A DNA stretch of 62,930 nt, filler included, from Trichomonas gallinae (Eukaryota), in NCBI GenBank assembly GCA_008369845.1. It is 6 parts of 6 records of this genome, joined end to end, with 100 filler letters (N's around TTAATTAATTAA, not from the genome) between each part and the next. Parts side by side here need not be neighbours in the genome. Positions count along the whole stretch, not along the records: positions 54,993 to 57,508 come from MRSU01001641.1; positions 57,609 to 61,562 come from MRSU01001643.1; positions 61,663 to 62,930 come from MRSU01001648.1; 3 more parts are not named here. One strand, 5' to 3'. The position numbers and the translations under genes are program-made. A model generated the notes under the pieces. It was given only the letters and a program-made list of their open reading frames with translations. It made no database searches and had not been told where the DNA came from. Positions 56,994 through 62,930 of the stretch are shown here, one piece after another (positions within the stretch are counted from its first letter, which is position 1; every line of letters begins with the position of its first letter).

Positions 56994-57065
56994 CATTGCT
57001 TCATGTGCTGGAACATCAGGGAGAGGAATGTAAATCTTCTTTACGAAACGACGGCGAATAGCTGG
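56994..57065 (-). pseudogene. 24-codon fragment of a VPS4/katanin/spastin-clade AAA ATPase
   Basis: Translates PAIRRRFVKKIYIPLPDVPAHEAM (arginine-finger/SRH region). Confidence 0.75.
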
Positions 57066-57508
57066 ATTGCCAAATCATGCCGTTAATTTTTTTTTGTTAT
57101 TCGGAATGCATATCTAATATATTACTTAGATTCAACACCAAAAAATCGGTGACGTTGCCAAAAATCCAAAATTCGTCAACTGAATTTCGAAAGTTGGGTC
57201 CGAGTTAAAATAAAAAAGCAAAACCGTTAAGATCACTGAAAAACAAACATTCAATTTTCTCATCTTTTTGTATATTGTGAGGATTACTAAAAAGTGAATG
57301 ACAGTCTAAACACGCTTTTTTTCTCCATCGATAATAATAAAAAAAAAATTCTCTTGAATTTTCTTCCAGTGACAATTGTTTTTGTATTCCATTTATGAGT
57401 CAGAAAATTTTTGACTCATTAGAAAAGGGGGGGAACTTCACTTTTTGGGTTGTCGGACATGAAAAGTGGAACGCAGAGAAGAAATGACCGAGCCAATTCT
57501 CTTTGAAC

Positions 57509-57608
57509 NNNNNNNNNNNNNNNNNNNNNNNNNNNNNNNNNNNNNNNNNNNNTTAATTAATTAANNNNNNNNNNNNNNNNNNNNNNNNNNNNNNNNNNNN
57601 NNNNNNNN
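57509..57608. other. Assembly linker
   Basis: N44-TTAATTAATTAA-N44. Confidence 0.97.
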
Positions 57609-57686
57609 GGATATGTAGTCTAAATATCGTTGTTGGGATACATCCTCTATATCTAGAATGGCAAGTAGCCCGCATCATATACTACT
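57609..57686 (-). mobile_element. Possible Maverick/Polinton terminus running into the gap
   Basis: Minus strand reads AGTAGT-ATATGATGCGGGC... from 57686 to the contig end; GC above flank. Confidence 0.35.
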
Positions 57687-58151
57687 AATGAAAACCAAAG
57701 AAAAACACGCATAAAATCCAATCTATCTTCGATAAAAAGCATATATACATATCTTGACCAGTAGAAATTGCTCATTACGCCAACATTTTGAAATGCAAAT
57801 TTGAAAATCCATATTATCGATGTCATTTTATTAAATTTAGAGTAACCATATAATATATCTTATGATGCCCCAATTTACTGATTTTTGGTGCAGTGGAAAA
57901 TGTTTTTTTAAAAAAAATTCTAACGCCTCCAAAAATCAATTAAATTCTGTTTTAGTAATATAGATAGTCATACATAGGTACAAATTTTATACCCCATTAA
58001 CATTACCTAAATATCTTTAATATTCATAAAAATTATTTTTAATTTTCTTTCAATAATAGACTTTTCTAAGCTACGAGTTCATAGCATTAATCTATAAAAT
58101 GATATAGTATTACTAGCTAAGTTACGCCAAAATATTCCTAACACACAAGAG

Positions 58152-58238
58152 TCTGATTAATTTTTAAAATTCAATTTAAATCCAGAATTTTTTCTCCCAA
58201 GATTTGAACAATACATTCAATTTTAAAAATTAATCAGA
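58152..58238. repeat. 87-bp hairpin with a perfect 20-bp inverted repeat
   Basis: TCTGATTAATTTTTAAAATT at 58152-58171 and its reverse complement at 58219-58238. Confidence 0.7.
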
Positions 58239-58683
58239 GCCTCCAATATTAGTTTTTAATGCTTGTTTTTTTGCACAGTATTTTATAACCTTTTCGAAAT
58301 TAGAACTATGAACTAAAATAAAAGATTGTGCATACATGAGCCAAAATAGAAATTTAATTTCGACCAAAATAGAATATATAGGCAAATATTTATATGTACT
58401 ATATTCTTCAAAAACAATAGTAAAACATGCGTAAGTTTAAAGCTTGTAAGTATAGCCAATTCACAGCTTTGAAGGTATCAAAAAGATGAGGGCAACCTTA
58501 AAACAAATTTCAAAATTTTATTAGTAATTGATAAATGGGAAATGTAGCTAAAAATATTTCAGAACTTATGAGTTGAACGAAGAATCATTTCGTGAAATTG
58601 GCATATTAATGACTGAATGATATGAAATCTAATAAATACAAATTATCATGATATTAAAAAAAAAAACGAGTTCACAATATATA

Positions 58684-61562
58684 TTACAGTAAATAAGGAA
58701 TGAATGATAAAATAATCTTAAGAATTTCATCGTGATATTCAACAAGTAATGTTCTTTCGTCTGAATTCATTCTGCAATAATTTGAAACTTCAACAGTTGC
58801 ATATGTTGATTTTGTGTATATTGGAGTGACACAGACCTTTTCTGTAACAGCAGCAAATGGATTTGGCTCAGATTCGCCTATATCTTGATCGCCATAAAAG
58901 TAAATTGTAATTTGTTTTGGAATTGAACGAAATTCATTTGGAGGCATATTATGGACATTTCCCATAATATTTATCCTTCTCAAATCTGTGCAATTTTCAA
59001 ATATTGGCTCTGAATATCTTTGAATTTTCGATGCAAAATCTTCAGGGATTGTTAGTGATTTGATTGAACTGTTTTTAAAAGCACTTTGTGAAATTGTTTG
59101 GACTGTAGAGGGAATAACTATGCTAGTTAATCCAGAATTTTGAAAAGCATGTGAATATATTTGTATGATAGTTTCTGGAATATTGATTGATTTTAAACTT
59201 GTGCATCCATAAAATGCGCGTTCTGGAATTTTATTGTTACTATTTGAAATCGTGAATGTCGTCAAAGAAGAACAACCATCAAATGCAGATTCGGAAAGTG
59301 TGACATCTGAAGGTAATTTCAAATCAGAAAGTTTAGCACAATTCTTGAATGCATTCCAATTCAGTCTGATTGGTTCATCGTAATTTATGTGTAGCCTCTC
59401 AAGATCCTCAAGATTCTTGAACAAAAATCGAAATCCTAATTGATCAACAATTTTATCCATTGTAATATCTATTGTTTTAAGATTTGGGCACCGCGCAGCT
59501 AACAGAATATTTGATTGATTTAAATTTTTGCATTTGAAAGTAACTTTTTCTAACGCAAGGCATCGGGTGAAAACTGAGCTGTCTTCATAACGAGATTCAT
59601 CACCAGTATATACAATACCTAAAATAGAACTATCAATGAAACTCAGATTTTCGCATTCCAAGTAAAATTCTGTGACATTTGTATTGTACATAATTGATCT
59701 ACCAATTACAGCTTCTTTCGTAATAATTGTTAAGTTTGTTAAATTGAAATCATTATCAAAAATACGACCACTATCATCTCTATCATACCCTGTATTGAGG
59801 TACTCGCATTCAATGTAGACTGTTGTTAAACCTTTTATTCCAGATAGTGCTTTTTCACCTAAATATAGTTGCTTACTATAGATATAATAAATATTTGTAT
59901 TCATTAAATAGCCTGTGAAAAATATTTCTTCACCAGTAATATTAGTTGTTCTAATCATACTTCCTTGACGTAGTATTTCTAATGAATTTTCTGTTTCCGT
60001 ATTGTTAATGATAAGAATATTGAAGAAACTTTGCGTCGTAAAATCATTATTATTTAACTCTGTCATTTTGCCTGTTAATTTAAATATAGTAGATACATTA
60101 GAACTGGAAAGAATTCTTCCTGCATTGCATAATGATTCTGAGCAATATATCTCTAGTTCATAGAATTCGCAGTTTGAAAATAATGTATCCCTGATTGTTT
60201 TGCATATAACGAAAGCAGGTTTTGAAATGCTACAATTTATAAAAATTGGTTCATAATTTCCAAAATTGCTTTGACATTCAATGTAAACAGTTTGCAAATT
60301 TTTGCATTCAACAAATTGATTTGCATTAACATTACTAGCATCTACTGCAGTGATATTAATATTAACAAAATTTGGACAATGTTTGAAAGACTCTGCTCTA
60401 ATAGAAAGAACATTGCATTTAATAACTAAATCCGAAAGCTTCTCATTGGGGTTGAAACTATCATGAATTTTTGCTGTGCCTGAAATAACAGTCAGAGATG
60501 TCATATTAATACATCTTGAAAATGAGTGATGTTTTAATGTGATTGTTGATGAAGCGTTAAAATATGCTGAAGATAATGAAGTGCATTCATAAAAGCAATT
60601 AGTTCCTACAGATATTTCAGAAGCATTAAATGATAATGAAGTTAATGATGAGCATTGCAGAAAACAACCAGAATCAAATGAAAGTTGAAATCCACTGATT
60701 GATAATGAAGATAAGTTATAGCAATTTCTGAATGCACCGCTACCAATTGTAATAACTGTTGCATTAAGATATGCAGATATTAGATTTTTGCAATATAAAA
60801 AACATAATGATTCAATATTAATGTTTTCACTTGATAAAATTGTTATGTTTTGTAAAGATTGGCAATATTTAAACACAGAATGCTCTAAATTAACTGAATT
60901 GCTAATGATAGCAACTGTCTCCAATTCAATGCATTTATAAAATAATAATTCTCCAAATGATATACTCTTACCGCTGATTGCAAAAGTCTTCAATGTAGTA
61001 CAATTTTCAAATGTGTGGTGATTTGCTGAAAAATCTATACATGAAATAGAGACTGATGTCAGGTTAATGCATCTGTAAAATGCTTTTCTGCCAATATTGG
61101 CACTTTCACACTCAATTGTGAGGTTCTTGAGATATGGGCATTCCATAAATGCATTATATTTTAATGTAACAACCGTTGCATTGATGAAAACGGTCTCAAG
61201 TATTGAAGAATTTGCAAATGTACTTGGATCCATATAAATTATATCACATTTGAAAATGAGAGCTTGAGACTTGATACCACTAAATGATTTTAATTTATAA
61301 GTTCCATAATTAAAAGTGATTGAATTCAAGACTGATTCATATTTTCCTCTTGCTGATATTTCGACAGAACCACAGTTAAATATTGTCTCTTGAATTTGGC
61401 ACATTCCAAATGCAGATTTGGTCATTAAAACAGTGTCGCAATTGAAAATTACTATTTGTATATTACTATCTCCTTCAAATGCATTTGATCCAGATAATTC
61501 TACAGTACTACAGTTGAAATATACTGCATTTAAATGTCCACATGAAGCAAATGTATTTGATC
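58684..61562 (-). CDS. BspA: BspA-like (TpLRR) leucine-rich-repeat surface protein, 5'-truncated by the gap
   Basis: IGxxAFxxCxxLxxI repeats (e.g. IPERAFYGCTSLKSINIPETI); frame open from the gap; hydrophobic C-terminus. Confidence 0.92.
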
Positions 61563-61662
61563 NNNNNNNNNNNNNNNNNNNNNNNNNNNNNNNNNNNNNN
61601 NNNNNNTTAATTAATTAANNNNNNNNNNNNNNNNNNNNNNNNNNNNNNNNNNNNNNNNNNNN
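61563..61662. other. Assembly linker
   Basis: N44-TTAATTAATTAA-N44. Confidence 0.97.
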
Positions 61663-61729
61663 TTTTATTTAAGAAGTAATGAGATATACAAGATAATATA
61701 ATTTTGTGATGAATTGACAATAAGCGACA

Positions 61730-62930
61730 TGTTTTTGACACTCGACGTGTCAGGTTAAGGATGGAGGTCATTGTGAAGCTTTCAGCATGGATACGTCGCA
61801 AAGAACGACCTGTGTGATGTTGGAAATGATTCATTATGGACGGTGAGAGGAGTCGTAACTGCGGGAGTGGCAAGGGCCCTTGTAGTCGATCTCCCATGTG
61901 AACACTCGCTGCTGAAGGAACTGGTCACAGAGCTCCTGAAAGTGCTCGACGAACTTGTCTTCGATTAGTGAAAGACGAACTGTCTTTTCCTGCTGGAGTG
62001 GAGCGGTCCTTTCCTGAACCTGTGTCAAATTGTTCTTGAGGGCTGCACACAGAACTTGGGCCTCGTCAATTCGCTGGAGAAGAGCATCTGTGACAGTGAA
62101 ACTGTTCTGCATAAGGACATTGACTGTCTCATTGAGCTCGTCGAAGAATGTGTCGTAGATTGATGCCTTGTTACGTATAAGGAACATAGCTTCTTCTCTG
62201 TCTTGGCTGGCTTTGGAGCTTCAACGATGATCTCTACTGGGATATTTGGATCGCGTGTGAGCTCGTATACAGATGCCTTAGCTGAATCGTTGCAGACTAA
62301 GATGACGAGCTTCAATGCGTGTGAGAGAATAGCCTTACCGATATCTTCTTTGAATGTTGCGACACGGAGAGCTTTCTCGACGACGTGACTTTGCGCGAAT
62401 TTTGTGATCGTTAATTTTGTTGAGACTCTTTGCCACAGCCGCTTTGTTGTTGTCTTCTTTTGCAGCATCGAAATCAGCTTTGAGTTAATTAATTGTAGTT
62501 TCCTGTGCTTCATATTCATGTCATGTAACTTGTTTTTTAATGAAATGTTTTCAGTGATATCTTGAAGTATTTGCTAATCCTGGATGTCGAAAGAAATCGT
62601 TGAAACAATTAAGATCGACTAGATCCTTTTCTAACAATGATCTGGTTGTGTATTGATTTGCATTCTTTGTCAATTCTCATCATTCGATGACTTTTCATCT
62701 CCTTAAGTCTATATGTTTGATCTCCTTTCTCAGAATAATTAGTAGATGATGTTCTTATATTTTCTTCATCCTTAGCGACTTCATTTTTGTTTTCTTCATC
62801 TTTAGCAACTTCAACCTGGTTTTCTTCGTTTGTGGACAATTGCTGCTTGAGTTTTTCTATCTCTGATTTGAGCTTTGTGATTTCTTTCCCCAGTTCGTCT
62901 GAATCTGATTTAAACTAATCAATTTCTTGC
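61730..62930 (-). pseudogene. Frameshifted coiled-coil gene remnant(s)
   Basis: Coding-like frames switch near 62190; stops at 61834 and 62609; duplicated EVAKDEEN unit. Confidence 0.55.

Noticed and set aside
58138..58149. CTAACACACAAG resembling the intron 3' motif
   Set aside because: Imperfect match, intergenic, no matching 5' splice site or flanking exons
1..62930. CRISPR arrays, rRNA, intact transposase or prokaryotic operons
   Set aside because: No repeat-spacer arrays, rRNA motifs or transposase/integrase ORFs seen; gene content is eukaryotic

Overview
AT-rich eukaryotic DNA with nearly intron-less genes. It looks like a parabasalid, most likely Trichomonas vaginalis or a close relative, based on a canonical GTATGT...ACTAACACACAG intron, Inr/M2/M3-type core promoter motifs, and BspA, transmembrane adenylyl cyclase, IBD-like, DUF3447-ankyrin and Tom40-like genes. 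The window is six contigs joined by five artificial 100-nt linkers (N44-TTAATTAATTAA-N44), so adjacency across the gaps is not guaranteed. It holds about 27 protein-coding genes, two tRNA genes (Glu-TTC, Gly-GCC), a 5'-truncated tRNA-Ile(TAT) and several pseudogenes. Signals the ORF track does not explain: (1) a 1.5-kb transposase-less element with ~90-bp terminal inverted repeats that brackets a whole surface-protein gene and abuts the truncated tRNA; (2) GGCGCC-N4-TTTGAA composite sites with the spacing of animal CDE/CHR (DREAM) elements in two promoters; (3) a 97-nt spliceosomal intron folded into a long hairpin that joins two ORFs into one IBD-like gene; (4) an ankyrin gene interrupted by two tandem 21-nt stop-containing units with no AG acceptor; (5) a recurrent TGWCAYGTAA motif clustered upstream of many genes; (6) probable transposon termini at contig ends. 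Family calls come from motif recognition only; no searches were run.
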